Source of the DNA: the human T2T-CHM13v2.0 reference genome, Homo sapiens
Length of the DNA stretch: 64,000 nucleotides
NCBI RefSeq assembly: GCF_009914755.1
Contig: NC_060926.1
Reading direction: 5' to 3' (one strand)
The notes beneath the pieces are model-generated. The model was not told the origin of the DNA. It saw only the letters and a program-made list of their open reading frames with translations, and did no database searches. Made by a program: the position numbers and the translations under genes. Of this stretch, positions 10,974-26,659 are shown piece after piece. The first letter of the stretch is position 1, and each line of letters begins with the position of its first letter.

Positions 10974-13900
10974 AGGGTTACCCCACAGCAAGAGCCCCTA
11001 CAGAAGCCCGCACGTCATGCTTGCCATCCGCCTTCCTTCTCTCTCAACAAAGAAGGAGACCAGGATTTGGAATAGTGGAACCCAATTTTTTAAAAGTCGA
11101 CAACTCCTGGAAGCCACTGTAGCGACTCGGAATCAACATTCTCAGGTAAGAAGCTCCGAGATTTAAGAGCGTGCTCTGCCCCCGTGATTTCTTGTGGAGG
11201 ACTCCATCCCAGCACATCTGTATATATCCCATAATAATAGCTGACTTGTCCTGCATCTCACTTTCATTATGAGAAAAATCATAGTTACAGAGTCACATAT
11301 TTTTAACCACATCAGGAGATGACCTCATCAGTAAATAGAAAGGGGTTATACGTAAGAAATGGGAATTTGTATGTGAGATTGGGTGCATGAAGATCACTGA
11401 CTTTATGACAAAGGAAAGTCTGGAATTAGGTATTTACAGGGTTCTTTCTTTTATTATGAAATTACACTTCTTTGTCGAAGTTTGCTTTCAAGGGCTTGGT
11501 CCTGGCTGTAGAAAACACATTAAAAAGACACAAAACTTGCTCCCTTTATTTTCCGTCCAAATGCCTTCTTGGTCTTTGAATTAGACCTAACAAAATTGTA
11601 ATGATTTCATTAATGAAAGGATAGAAATAAACCAGAAAGCCTGGGTTTATTTCTATCCTGCTCCTAGAGAAGATGATTATTCCATGTGTGTTTTGTTCTG
11701 GGCTTTTAAATGTACCATCTTATCAGGAGATTGCTAACATGACAAGTATTTAAAAAATAAACAAAACCATTTCATAAAATGTAACAGACCATAAACATAC
11801 TCCACATTGTGTCTAATAGTTTGCTGTTTTAAAGCATGTGTGTTAAGGAATTACTGGTTTACTCCACTCTCTTCCATTGGCTGACAGAGAATATGCTGAC
11901 TTTGTTTTTCTGTGCAAGATGTTTAACGTAGTGTGTAATAATACCGACCTCCACAAGAGAACCTAAACAAATAAACCTAAGGAAGTTAAAACTTCTCTCT
12001 CTTGATTTTGAAGTTCTCTTTCCCATATAACTTATAGAAGCATATTTTTATTTCCTTTACCTCTACAAATTTACAGTAAGCTCAATTTCATTATTTTAAG
12101 AGTTCAGGCCCTCTAATAATATCTCCTCCACACAACCACGCAGAGCATTTATTCAAAAGGCTGCATAAAGCTGTTTTGTGAAAGCTTTAGCTGACAAATA
12201 TCCTGAAATCACCATCTTCCATTTCCTGCTGGAGGGCTATGCTTTTCTCCTGCAGTTCAGTGAGACATCCTTCTCTCTGCAGCCTCCTCCGTTTACTTTA
12301 CAGGAGGGTCCAGGCTTCCTTTTCTTCAATAATCTATTATGCCTTACTTCATAGTGGTATTCAAATTGTTCATTCAATAGTAGTATTTTAAATTTTATTT
12401 TGCTTATATATTTGCCTTTCACTAAAGAATATAAATGAAACAGACTTTTATATATCTATTTTAAATTTACTCTGGCATAGAAAAGAAAGTTAATTTAGAA
12501 TTTCGGCAGGTCCTTAATGCCAGCTTTTCCCTCTTGCCAGGCTCACATTTCTAACGTAGTTCCCTTTTCTACCCGTTGGAAATCTATCACAAAAACACCC
12601 ATGCTGTTTTTATAAAGACTTATTTTTCCTGGCTTTATTTCCTACCACAATCAGAAGAAACACGGAGACTCTAGCTGTCTAAAAACCTGGGTCCTCGTTA
12701 GAACTTTCTGTTGCCAAGGGCAGGCTTCTCTTAGTTGCTTGCTGAGCAGAAATGCCACCTTCCCACTGGGCTCCATGCCAGCTCTGGTGGCCTAGGAAGA
12801 AGGGGAGAGAAAGCTGCCAGGAACAGGCTACAAGATTCCTCCAAAGACCTTGATGTCCAGGTTAGGAAACCATGTGTTCCTATGACTTCCCATATAAACA
12901 GGATAAATGTTTGTTATCCATGTGGCTGGGGCTTGTGTTCCAGGAGTGAGATTCAAGTTGCTTAGCGCTTCCTAGAAAAGTGTTGGTCTGTTAGAAACAG
13001 GCATGAGAAGCCTGGTAATTACCAGCACTGCTGATCACACTGGAGGAAAGAAAAAACTATCTTCATCTTAAGTGGGATTTCCAAAGCAAGCATGAGGAGT
13101 TCCTTATTAGAGCCATAATAGCTTCAGAGATGATACATTTATTCCCAGGAAATGTATCAGACATGCATCTTCCACCTTCTGTACATTATAAACTTTGCAG
13201 AAAATAGCTAGTTGACTCAAATTGATGAAATGATCATTTTTTAATTTATTACACTGTGACAGCTGTACATATTTCTCATTTGCTTAAAGTTAATTTGATC
13301 CAGAAATTATTGATCAACATAAAGCTTATTTAGAAGATAATTTTATATGTTGATATTCCTTAATAAATATTTTCAAAACTCAACAAAGGTATTGGCACCT
13401 TACATTCTGCATACAAAATTACAGTATGCTTTACAAGTGAAAATAAAAATAGAATATTATGCCAGAAATAAAAAGACTTTTAAATTATTAATTTAACTAT
13501 TGATACACCCCTACAAACTGAACTTTTAAACTTTAATGTACTGTCTAGATTTAAGTTGGTATCGTCTTACATGTTAAAAAATAATTGTGCTTATCAAACA
13601 TTGATTATGAAACTACTTTCTCCTCAAACTTTTTTAAAATTTGGGAACATAATTTAATCTTGGTTTATCACATCTGTTGTTTCAAAAATCACATTAGTTT
13701 TAGAAAAAAGGGTACTATGAACCAGAGGGAATAAAACTGTAAAGAAAAAATTAAGAGAGAGGGGAGAGAGCCATAAACTGTTGTTCAAATCACTGGTGTG
13801 TGCCACAGAATTTACCCACTTCTCACACTGCATCCAAGGCATCGCCCACATGACTGTCCTGCCAGCTCACAGGGAAGATCTCTCTCCTTCTCCACACAAC

Positions 13901-14584
13901 ATTTGCCATTTTTGGGAAGTCAGTGTCATCAGGAATCTAAGGCTATTTTTCTTTCTCAGAGCCTTAATATTTTCCCCAAGGCCAAAAACATTTTCTACTT
14001 TAAATGTCTTAAAATATTCTTCCTGTCTTTCCCCATAAAGACCAAATCCCTGATGGCTGGTGTGGCCAGGCATGTAGTGGAGGCTGGCCCTGGAGAGAAG
14101 AGGAACAGAAACTGATTTTAATCTCAAGGGGCTGAAGCTGGAGCTCCACATGTGACCCCCAGAAGCACGGGTTAGTGAGAAGAAGGGTGCCCTCAAAGAG
14201 AGGCTGAGACACAGCTGGGTGACCTCAGTCCCTAGGTGAGCAGGCGTCATCTGCCTCTAGCTGGGCCACCAGCCAGCGTCAAATGGCTCCGCTTTGGGGA
14301 AAGACTGTATCATCCGGAGCCCCCCATTATCTCTGCTATCATTTACACAATCATGTGACATTCACTCAGATGTCACCAAGCACACACAGAGACTTCACTG
14401 ACTCCCCACAATCAGGACATTTAATCTCAATCAAAATCAAACATCAGGAGATCAGAAATCAAACAAGGCTATCAGACAGACTTAACAATTGATAAATATG
14501 CTCAATAAATTATTTGACAAGATGGGAAATTTGTTCCCTATCTTGACATAATGATCATATGTTTGCGTAATAGTAATCATTGAC

Positions 14585-17140
14585 TAATGTCCATAGCCTA
14601 TTTGGGATTCCTTAGTTGCTAACCTGATGTTATCTTTCTGTTCCAGGACCCCATCCGGGACGCCGCTGTGCATGCAGCTGTCACATCTCCCTGGACCCCC
14701 CTCTGCTGGCAGTTTCTCAGATTTTCCTTGTTTTCGATGACTGGGATAGTTTTGAAGAGTAATGGTCAGGCATGCTGTAGAATTTCTCTCAGTTGGGGTT
14801 TTTCTGATGATCTGATTGGGATTATGGAATTTGGGGAAGAAGACCATAGAAGTAAAGTGCTATTTTTATTACACCCTGCCAAGGAGCCTTCTGTCAATGA
14901 CTCATCACTAAATCACCCGCCTCACCTGGCGGTCGTGGCCTCTGCCAGGTTTCTCCACAGGAAAGTTACTCCCTTGTCCCGCTTTCCAGACTCACTGGAG
15001 CAAAGTCACTATGCATGGGCTTCACTTAAGCAGCGGGAGTTACGCTCTCTTCCCCTAAGAACATGGAGTCTGCAACTTTATTTGGAATCCTCTGCAAGAG
15101 AGATATGTCTGTTAAATATTTACCCATTAGTTCATATCACGATAAACTCATAGGTATTTATTTTATAATTGGATTATGAGCCAATGCTGCTTTTTGTTAT
15201 CATTATTGTTTAATCTTTCCAGTTTCAGTTGCAGGCCAGATCTTTCCATTGGCTCCTGTGGCCCTGACGTGCCCTGGCAATGTGGCTGTTCATTTTTATT
15301 TTTTCAGCAGTTATTAATTTCCTAGCACTACAAGGTGCCCCCAGCTTACCTTGTCTATTTCCTGTTCTACTCCTAGAATCCACAGTTTCTCTGGGGAGCC
15401 CTGGTTCCTTTTACTGGAGATTAGCAATTGAAGCAAAGATCTGGGTATTTCATGTTATCTTTGATATTGGGTTGTCATTGCTTTTAGCCCTAGTGAGTGA
15501 CAGAGCAGGAATCTACACATGTACATACATATTTCTATAAATATTTCTTTATGGAACTTATGTTGAGGACCACATGAATGCACACTGGTTTCTCCACTCC
15601 TAATCCATGTCCAGATGATCATTCTGGCCTTAAATTGCTCTTCTTTTCTTCTTCCTAAGGCGGAAGCTTAGATTATTAATTTTATATCTTTACTTTTTTA
15701 TGATGTGCATTTAATGCCATAAATTTCCATTAAGTACTGCTTTCACTACATCCCTCAAATTTTGATAAGTTGTATTTTCATTTTTATCTAGCTCAAAATA
15801 TTTTAAAATTTCTCTTGAAAGTTCTTTGACTCGTGTATTTAAGTGTGTACTGTTTAACCTTTAAATATTCGGGTTTTTTCTTTCCATCTATTGTTCTGCT
15901 ATTGATTTGCAGTCAATTACAGTGTGATCTGGGAACATATGCTGTGTTCTCTGACATTTTTAAGGTGTGTTTTACAGTCGAGCATGTGGTCCATCTTGGT
16001 TAATGTTCCATGAGTTGGAGAATGTGTATTCTACTATTGCTGCATGGAGTATTTTATAAACAGCAATTAGAGCAAGTTGATGGTTCTGTTCAGGTTCTGT
16101 TCAACTATGTCCTTACTGATTTTCTGCCTGTCGTATCTCTTCGTTAGTGAAGGGGAGGTGTTGAATTCTCCAGCTGTAGTAGTAGATTCGTCTCTCTATC
16201 TTTTCAGTCCTATTGAGTATTGATTCACATAACTTGATGCTCTGTTGTTAGGTATGTCCATGTTTACTATTGTTATGCTTTATTGAATAATTGAACCATC
16301 TATCATGTAATGCCCCGTCCTGCCCCGATCTATCTCTGAATATTTTTTCTTGTTCTGAAGTCACCTTTGTCCTAAGCTAATTTCTCTAGACCAGTATTAT
16401 TCTGATTAGTATTAGTATGAATCCATCCCCTGTGCATCTTTTTCCATCCCCTGTGCATATGTTACGTATAACTTTTGAAATTTTTCTACAGTTCTCGAAT
16501 TCCTATTGTTTTAAAATTTTCAGTCATTTTTATTGTGAAGTTCCTATTGACATATTTTTAAGTCACTGACTCTTGGCAGAATCCATTCCACTGATGAGCC
16601 CATCAACAACATTCATTATTTCCTATTAGAGTGTTTCGATTTGTAGCCTTTCCTTTTTATTCTTTCTTAGTATTTTTATCTCTTTGATTACATTGTCCAT
16701 CCAATTTTGAGTATTGCCTTCTTTTTCTATGAGAGCCTTTAAATACTTTAAATACTTTAAATACTCTTTAAAATACTTTAAATACTTTAAATACTCTATC
16801 TAATACTTCTAAAATCCATGCAATATCTGAGTTCATTTTCATGTTTGTCTCTTTAGACTATTTTTTCTTACTTTCTAGCTTATCACATAGTATTTATCTT
16901 GTCAAAAGCCAGATATAATTATCAGATAATAGAAACTGAGGCAAAAATGTCTTTACTGTGTGATTCTTTGTTAATCTGGCTAGGATTTGAGTTGTGTTTA
17001 TTTTTTTTCTAACTATATACACCAGATGCTTCATATTTCTCTTGTGCTTTTGTTTTTGTCCCATATTGTCTTGGGGCTTCCCTAGAGACTTCTTCTTAAA
17101 TAAAGTATAAAATATGCACTTCTTTCCATTGTATTCCTCA
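14585..17140 (-). mobile_element. Old L1 (L1MC/L1M) fragments: 3' UTR, ORF2-EN and ORF1 remnants
   Basis: CTGTTCCAGGACCCCATCC...CAGTTTCTCAGATTTTCCTTGTTTTCGATGAC (L1MC 3' UTR antisense); T-rich antisense ORF2-like sequence further on. Confidence 0.7.
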
Positions 17141-17149
17141 ATTGCCAAT

Positions 17150-19128
17150 ATGAGGAATATAAAGTGGTTACCAGCAAGCAAAATAGAAACTACCATAAGA
17201 GGAAACAATGAATAAATTTATGTCAATATATTTAAATTTGAATAAAACAATTTCCTAGATAGGCACCACACATCAAAATTATACAAGAATAAATAGAAAA
17301 TTTGAATAGATATCTAGCTCTTAAAGACACAGAAGCTGTTATTAAAACCTTAGTGCAATATAGACTCATGTGTCAGATGGCTTCATTGATAAATTCTTCC
17401 AAACTTTTACTAAATAAATAACCAAGACTATCACTGACAGGCACTTGGGTTGGTTCCAAATCTCTGCTATTGTGGAAAGTGCTGCAATAAGCATACATGT
17501 GAATGTGTCTTTACAGTAGAATGATTTATAAACCTTTGGGTATATACTCAGTAAGGGGATTGCTGGGTCAAATGGTATTTCTGGATAAAGAAAAAATGAC
17601 ACATATATACCATGGAATACTATGCAGCCATAAAAAAGAATGAGTTCATGTCCTTTGTAGGGACATGGATGAAGCTGGAAACCATCATTCTCAGCAAACT
17701 AACACAGAAACAGAAATCCAGACACCACATGGTTTCACTCGTAAGTGGGAGTTGAACAATGAGAACATGAGAACACATGGGCACAGGGAGGGGAACATCA
17801 CATACCGGGGCCTATCAGGGAGTAAGGGGCTAGGGGAGGGATAGCATTAGGAGAAATACCTAATGTAGATGACAGGTTGATGGGTGCAGCAAACCACTAT
17901 GACGTGTATACCTATGTAACAAACCTGCACGTTCTGCACATGTATCCCAGAACTTAAAGTATAATAATAATAATAATAATAACCCAAGACTATGTCAATT
18001 CTTCATGGTAAAATGAAAAATATAGAATTCATTGTAATGGGTTTTATGATACCAGTATTACCTTTATTCACAAATCTGACAATATGGATTACTGGACAAT
18101 TTATGTCTTAAATGTGGATTCAAATATGACAAACAAATATAAGTAAAATGGGGTCCTTGATATATAAAATAGATAAATATAAAAACTGAGTTTATATTAA
18201 TGTATTTTTATATATTAAGAAAATAAAGTAAAAATTATCTAGGTAAATGACAAAAACATTTGATAAAATTCAATATTTATTAATTATTTTTAAATACCTT
18301 ACAAAAATTTGCTATAAAAATTACCTTCTTTCTCTGATAAATGGTATCACCAGAGCCAAAAACAAATCTTAGATCCAATATTATTAATATATTAAAAGCT
18401 TCTATCTTCAGATCAGGAATAAGAAAAAGATATTTATTATTAACAATTTTAGTCAACATTTTATAGGAGTTTCTTGACAGTGAAATAAGTCATGTAAATA
18501 CATGGTAAAATGTTTTAAGTAAAGAAATACATGTGTCTTCATTTACAGATAACACATGGTTATAAAAGTAATTTTTTATAAATTATCAAATTTAACAGGT
18601 TAAGTTAGGCTTGCTGAATACAATGTCACTATACAAAAACCATTTTATTTTCTAGCACTTAATATAAAAAAATTTAATCATGCTATTTACCATAGTATCC
18701 AAAGTTATCAAATATCTAGAAAACAATCTATCTAAATATGTGTAAGACCTCTATACCAAAATTATAAAAAGGTTATTGAGAAAAGTGGGTGACAACCTAA
18801 ACAAATGAAAAAAATATACTATTTTCTCAGATTGGAGGAAGCATTATTGTGAGAGTAAAAATTCTCCCTATATTCCAGTTGGCTATTTTTATGTGTGTGT
18901 TGATGACAGACATGCTAATATAAGATTTATGTAGAAACAGAAAGAAACAAGAACAGCAAAAAATTTTGAGGAAGAGCAAAGATAAGAACATACATTGCCC
19001 AATATCAAGTTTTATTGGAAAACTAAGTTCTTAAGACAGTGTGGCACTAGTGAAAGGGATTAAAAACAGATCGATGAAGAGTCAGGAGAAAAGAAAGCAC
19101 ACTGGGAAACTTCATCTAAAACAAAGCT
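17150..19128 (+). mobile_element. Old L1M ORF2 remnant, host of younger insertions (resumes about 22930-23480)
   Basis: A-rich degenerate ORF2 motifs (CAGATGGCTTCATTGATAAATTCTTCCAAAC; AAAAACATTTGATAAAATTCAA; AAATATGTGTAAGACCTCTATAC). Confidence 0.65.
17428..17981 (+). mobile_element. 5'-truncated L1PA (PA7/8-like) with 5' inversion
   Basis: About 17428-17584 antisense, 17581-17981 sense 3' UTR ending AACTTAAAGTATAATAATAA; flanking AATAACC(C)AAGACTAT TSD. Confidence 0.88.
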
Positions 19129-19897
19129 GGCCATTTTCACAATATTTATTCTATCCATCCATGAGAATGGGATGTGTTTCAATTTGTTTGTGTCATCTAT
19201 GATTTCTTTCAGCAGTGTTTTGTAGTTTTCCTGGTAGAGGTCTTTGACCACACTGCCAAAAGCAATCTACAAATTCAATGCAATCCCCACCAAAATACCA
19301 ACATCATTCTTCACAGAATTAGAAAAAACAATTTTAAAATTCATTTGGTACCAAAAAGAGCCCACATAGCCAAAGCAATACTAAGCAAAAAGAACAAATC
19401 TGGAGGCGTCACACTACCTGATTTCAAACTATACTATAAGGCCATAGTCTCCGAAACAGCATGGTACTGGTATAAAAATAGGCATATAGACCAATGGAAC
19501 AGAATAGAGAACCTAGAAATAAACCCAGATACTTACAGTCAACTGATCTTTGACAAAGAAAACAAAAACATAAAGTGGGGAAATATAAAGACCTGAAACT
19601 AAATATAAGACTGAAACTATAAAAATTCTAGAATATTGGAAAAATCCTTCTAGACATTGGCTTAGGCAAGGATTTCATGATCAAGAACCCAAAAGTAAAT
19701 GCAATAAAAATAAAGATAAATACTTGGGATTTAACTACTAAAGAGCTTTTGCACAGCAAAAGGAAGAGTCAGCAGAGTCAATAGACAGCCCACAGAGTGG
19801 AAGAAAATCTTCACAATCTATACATCTGACAAAGGACTAATATCCATAATCTACAACGAACTCAAATCAGTAAGAAAAAAACAAACAATTCCATCTA

Positions 19898-22056
<2,159 letters not shown>

Positions 22057-25000
22057 GTCGTTTCTGAAATTTTGAAAAATAAAAAAGTGGGCTAAGGACA
22101 TGAATAGACAGTTCTCAAAAGAAGATGTACAAATGGCCAACAAACCCATGAAAAAATGCTCAACATCACTAACGATCAGGGAAATGCAAATCAAAACCAC
22201 AATGCGATACCACCTTACTCCTGCAAGAATGGACATAATCAAAAAATTAAAACACACAGATGTTGGCATGGATGTGGTGATTAGGAAACACCTCCACACT
22301 GCTGGTGGGAATGTAAAACAGTACAGCCGCTATGGAAAACAGTGTGGAGATTCCTTAAAGAACTAAAAGTAGAACTACCATTTGATCCAGCAATCCCATT
22401 ACTGGGTATCTACCCAGAGGAAAAGAAGTCATTATACCAAAAAGATACTTGCAAACACATTTTATAGCAGCACAATTTGCAATTGCAAAATCATGGGACC
22501 AACCCAAATGCCCATCCATCAATGAGTGGATAAAGAAATTGTGGTATATATATATAATGGAATACTATTTAGCCATAAAAAGGAAAGAATTAATGGGATC
22601 TGCAGCAATCTGGATGAGATCAAAGACTATTATTGTAAGTGAAGTAACTCAAGGATGGAAAACTAAACATCATATGTTCTCACTGATATGTGGGAACTAA
22701 GCTATGAGGACTCAAACGTATAAGAATGATACAATGAACTTTGGAGACTTTGGGGGAAGAATGGGAAGGGGATGAGGGATAAAAGACTACAAATAGAGTG
22801 CAGTGTATACTGCTCGGGTGATGGGTGCACCAAAATCTCACAAACCATCACTAAAGAACTTACTTACATAACCAAATACCACATGTACCCCAAGAACCTA
22901 TGGAAAAATACATACATAAATAAATAATACAGAGCTGGCACTGTGCAATGAAAAAGGAAAGGCTTTTGGGTGAGTGCTGCTGGATCAAATGGAAGTACAC
23001 AGTGAAATAAAATCTAGATGGACTGTAGATCTAAATGTGAGATGTAAAACTATCACGCTACCAGAAGATAATGAAAGATACTCTCTTATGTTATTAGAGT
23101 AGGAGGGAAAAATCTTAAATTGGATTAAACAGCTTTGGCTATAAAGAAAAAGGAACTTGTATTGATCAAAGACACCACTAAGGTTGTTTGTTTAAAAAGT
23201 CACCGACGAAAAGAAAACATCTGCAATATCCATGACTATCAAGGGAATCATTGTAGTGATAATAACAGTAATATTTATAAATTAATAAAGAAAGACTGTC
23301 AATAAAAGGGCAAAAAGCATGAACAGACAACTCACCAAAGGATGTCTCCAAATAACCAATGAATAAATGAAAAGTTGTTCAATCTCATTGACCATTAGGA
23401 GAATGACAATTGAACCAAAATGAAACAAAATTACATTCCACCAGAAATGCTCTGTTAATATTGACCACAGGAAGTGCAGGTGAGGGTGTGAGCAACTTGC
23501 ACTATCAAAGCCTGCTGCTTTGACGCTGAGAGCGTCAGCTGAGTCATTTCTCCGTGAAACTCTGCCATTCTCTCTTGAATCCCAACATACACATATCACC
23601 TAGAGTTTCTACTGCTAGATGGATACCCAACCAATAGTCATACACATAGAGAAAGCTTTTGGTATGAGGTGGCATTAAAGTGAAATTGCAGTAATTATTC
23701 CCTGTGGTTTGAGGTTGAGAGAATAAACACTTACAGAAAAGAGCTGTATTTCCCTGAAACCAAGCAAGGATTCCACCTGGCTTGATACAGAGTGAGAACC
23801 AACCCAAGAGAGCGCAGTGACCGCAGTGAGCATGTGGGAGGCCCACCTGAAGGTCTGTGGGTGACAACGGGAGGGGGTGAGGAGTGAAATATAAATCTGT
23901 TTGGGGAATTTCCTGGCTTCCTTGCTTCTGCCTCTATCACTTCACTCCCGAATCTCCAAGGTTTTGAGGCCTCCATGGTCATCATGCAGTTGTGACACTC
24001 AGCTGAATCCACCGTGCAGGGGCACTCGGCCTTTCGAGGAAGCCTCCTCCTTCCCACTCTTGGTTTTGTGGTATTTACTTCCCAGGCCTTCTCTTGCCTT
24101 CCAGGCCCTCTGTTTGCTTACCCAGCGCACAGGGCTCACCTGGTCAGAACTGGAACTTCTCAGCACTCCCTCTAGTACCTTTCCCTTCTGAACTTTCTTC
24201 TCTGGTAACCTCATCCAGGCCCTTCTCTTCAATTACCACCTTTGTGCACAGATTTCTATCTTCAACCAGACCTCTGCTCTGCAGCCCAGAGCTGGCGTAT
24301 GCACCTGGTGGTCCCACGGCCACTCAGCTCTTGGTCCCCACCCTCGACCCACAGACTTGGGTGAGTCTCCGTGAGCCCCTCTCGTGCCAGGGCCACTGTC
24401 CACCACAGTGTGCAAACCTCAGCACTTCCCAGCATGCAGTTACTGTATTTATACACTTGTTCATTTTTTTGTTTAATTCTCTCTTTACTGGACTGTAAAT
24501 GCTGTTATTGTTGGACTTAATGACTTGGCCAATATTGTATCCCTGGGACATAGCAAGTATTCAGCACAGTTGCTGAATAACTAAGTAAATAAATAAGTAG
24601 ATAATAAATCATGAGTTAATGGATTTTTCCCATCATGACAACGGCAGAATGTACTTCCCTCATTTAGAAAGTTGGGTTCTGCAGGCTTCACCCCACGGAT
24701 GTAATCTTCTCCCCTCCCTCTCCTGGGGTCACTGCAGTGACTTCTGCTTGCTCCGCTCTGCCGAAATGCACCCCTGAAAGTCACTCCCATTGCTGTGGAA
24801 GCCTCCTGTCCAGACCTGGTCTCCTGATCACTTGGCCGTGTTCTAGAATGCACAGCTCCTATCTACTAATTTCTAATTCACTACCGGGATAATTTTCATC
24901 TTGTTCTTCCATCTTCACTGTCAATTAAAATCAGTTATTTTTCCATGCAGAAAATATAAATTTTCTTACATTTTATTTATCTTTATTTTTACATTAGCTC

Positions 25001-26659
25001 TTTCATGCTACATTTTTACTTTTTCAAAACATATTTAGAAGAAAATTTGAGGAGACAGATACTTTCTGAACTCAATCGTACCCAAAGGTTTTCTTTTCTC
25101 AACAGAGTGAAGGATCATTTAATTTCTCTGATTCTTTCAATGGCCTAGCTGAGAAATTTATAAACTGATAGTGGAATTTCTTAAAGACATTTTAGATAAC
25201 AAGGGAAACATCATGTTTAATGTGGCAGAAATTCAGCCCCTGAAACATTGTTTAACAAATCACCAGCTGAATCTTATCATAGAAAAACAGATTTATTTTT
25301 CAGACAGTTTTGAGAGGTATCTAAAATTCAGTACGTGTGCTGAACCTTCGAATGCTTTTGAAGGAGTTTGTCTGCTGAAAAGCTAAATAGCATCAAACTT
25401 AAAAGCGTATTTCTCCTGACATCAGGATGTCGGCTGATACTAGCCAGAATGAAATGTGTTCTTTTCCAACATTTTCAGTCTATGGGCAAGACTTGAGAAA
25501 ACAGCAGTGACCTTTCTGCCTTCAGCTACCTCAGCAACCCTTTGTCCTATCTCTTTGCAATCACATATTTTTTCCAATATGTGATTCTAATAATTACATC
25601 TTCAGTGTTGCTGAAGCAATTTGACAAATAGTAATTAGATTTCAAAAGGATAGTTCATTTCATAAGGATAGTTTGGCATCATGATTTCTAATGATAAATA
25701 CAACATAAAGTTTCTAAAATGCTGATGAAAACACAAAATCTAAGGCTATTTCATGCCTGATAACTAGAGCATTAATCATCCCGTTAAAGATATGTGTATG
25801 CATAGATACATACGCTTAAGGTGCGGGTCCCTTCAACAGGCCCAAATATTTACGTGCCTGTATTACAAGCTGTTCATTCATGGATCACAGAATGCTCAGT
25901 TCTTGAAAACTAGTGGTGGAAAGGACATCATTTAAACTCATTCTGACCTGGCCTTGAATCTCACTTTTGCAGCTTAGGGGCTTCTGTTATCTTGTAGGAA
26001 CAATGGGAGTCCTCCGGGGAAGAGCTTCCTCGTCTGGGTCCCCCACGCAGAGCCTGCATTAGCCCTGAGTGGGTGGGTGCACACTGTGAGCCCTGAGTGG
26101 GTGCACACACGCGTCTCACACGCAAACCAGGCCGCAAAGGAAAAACCCGGACTGAGCTCCGAGTCCTGCCTGAGAGCTGCTCCTGGTTTCCCGGGCAGGC
26201 AGGAATCTCCAAGCCTCCTCCAGGGTGATGGGGAGAGGCCAGTCAGCGTTTGCTAACTGCAAATCACGGGTGGGAACGACCACAGCATAAGCAGCGCCTG
26301 GCACGGTGCCGAAAGCCAAGTTGAGGTGATGAGCCACGGGCTGGGGGATTTGAGGGGAGACGGTGCAGGGAACCCACAGAGCAAGACAGGGCCATGTCCC
26401 CTGAGCAAAGCCTGGAATGGAGACAGCACCTCTGGCCTCGCCCCGCCCGTGGCTGAGCCCCGCTGGAGAGATACGGGGCTGTGTGTCGTGGCTCTGGATG
26501 GAAATCCCTCTTTCCTCCCTTCCTGACTCGGTCTTTCTAACAGACGGCGCTGGCCCTCCTGCTGTGTTATCTCAGTGGCACTGTTTGTTCTGAGGCGTCT
26601 TCATGTTCCTCCTTCCCGTGCAACCCTGGGCATTCCTTTACCATCAGCAGATTCCACGC

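Noticed and set aside
16736-16797. (TTTAAATAC)n 9-bp tandem, and a 21-bp duplication at about 16422-16458
   Set aside because: Ordinary slippage inside old L1
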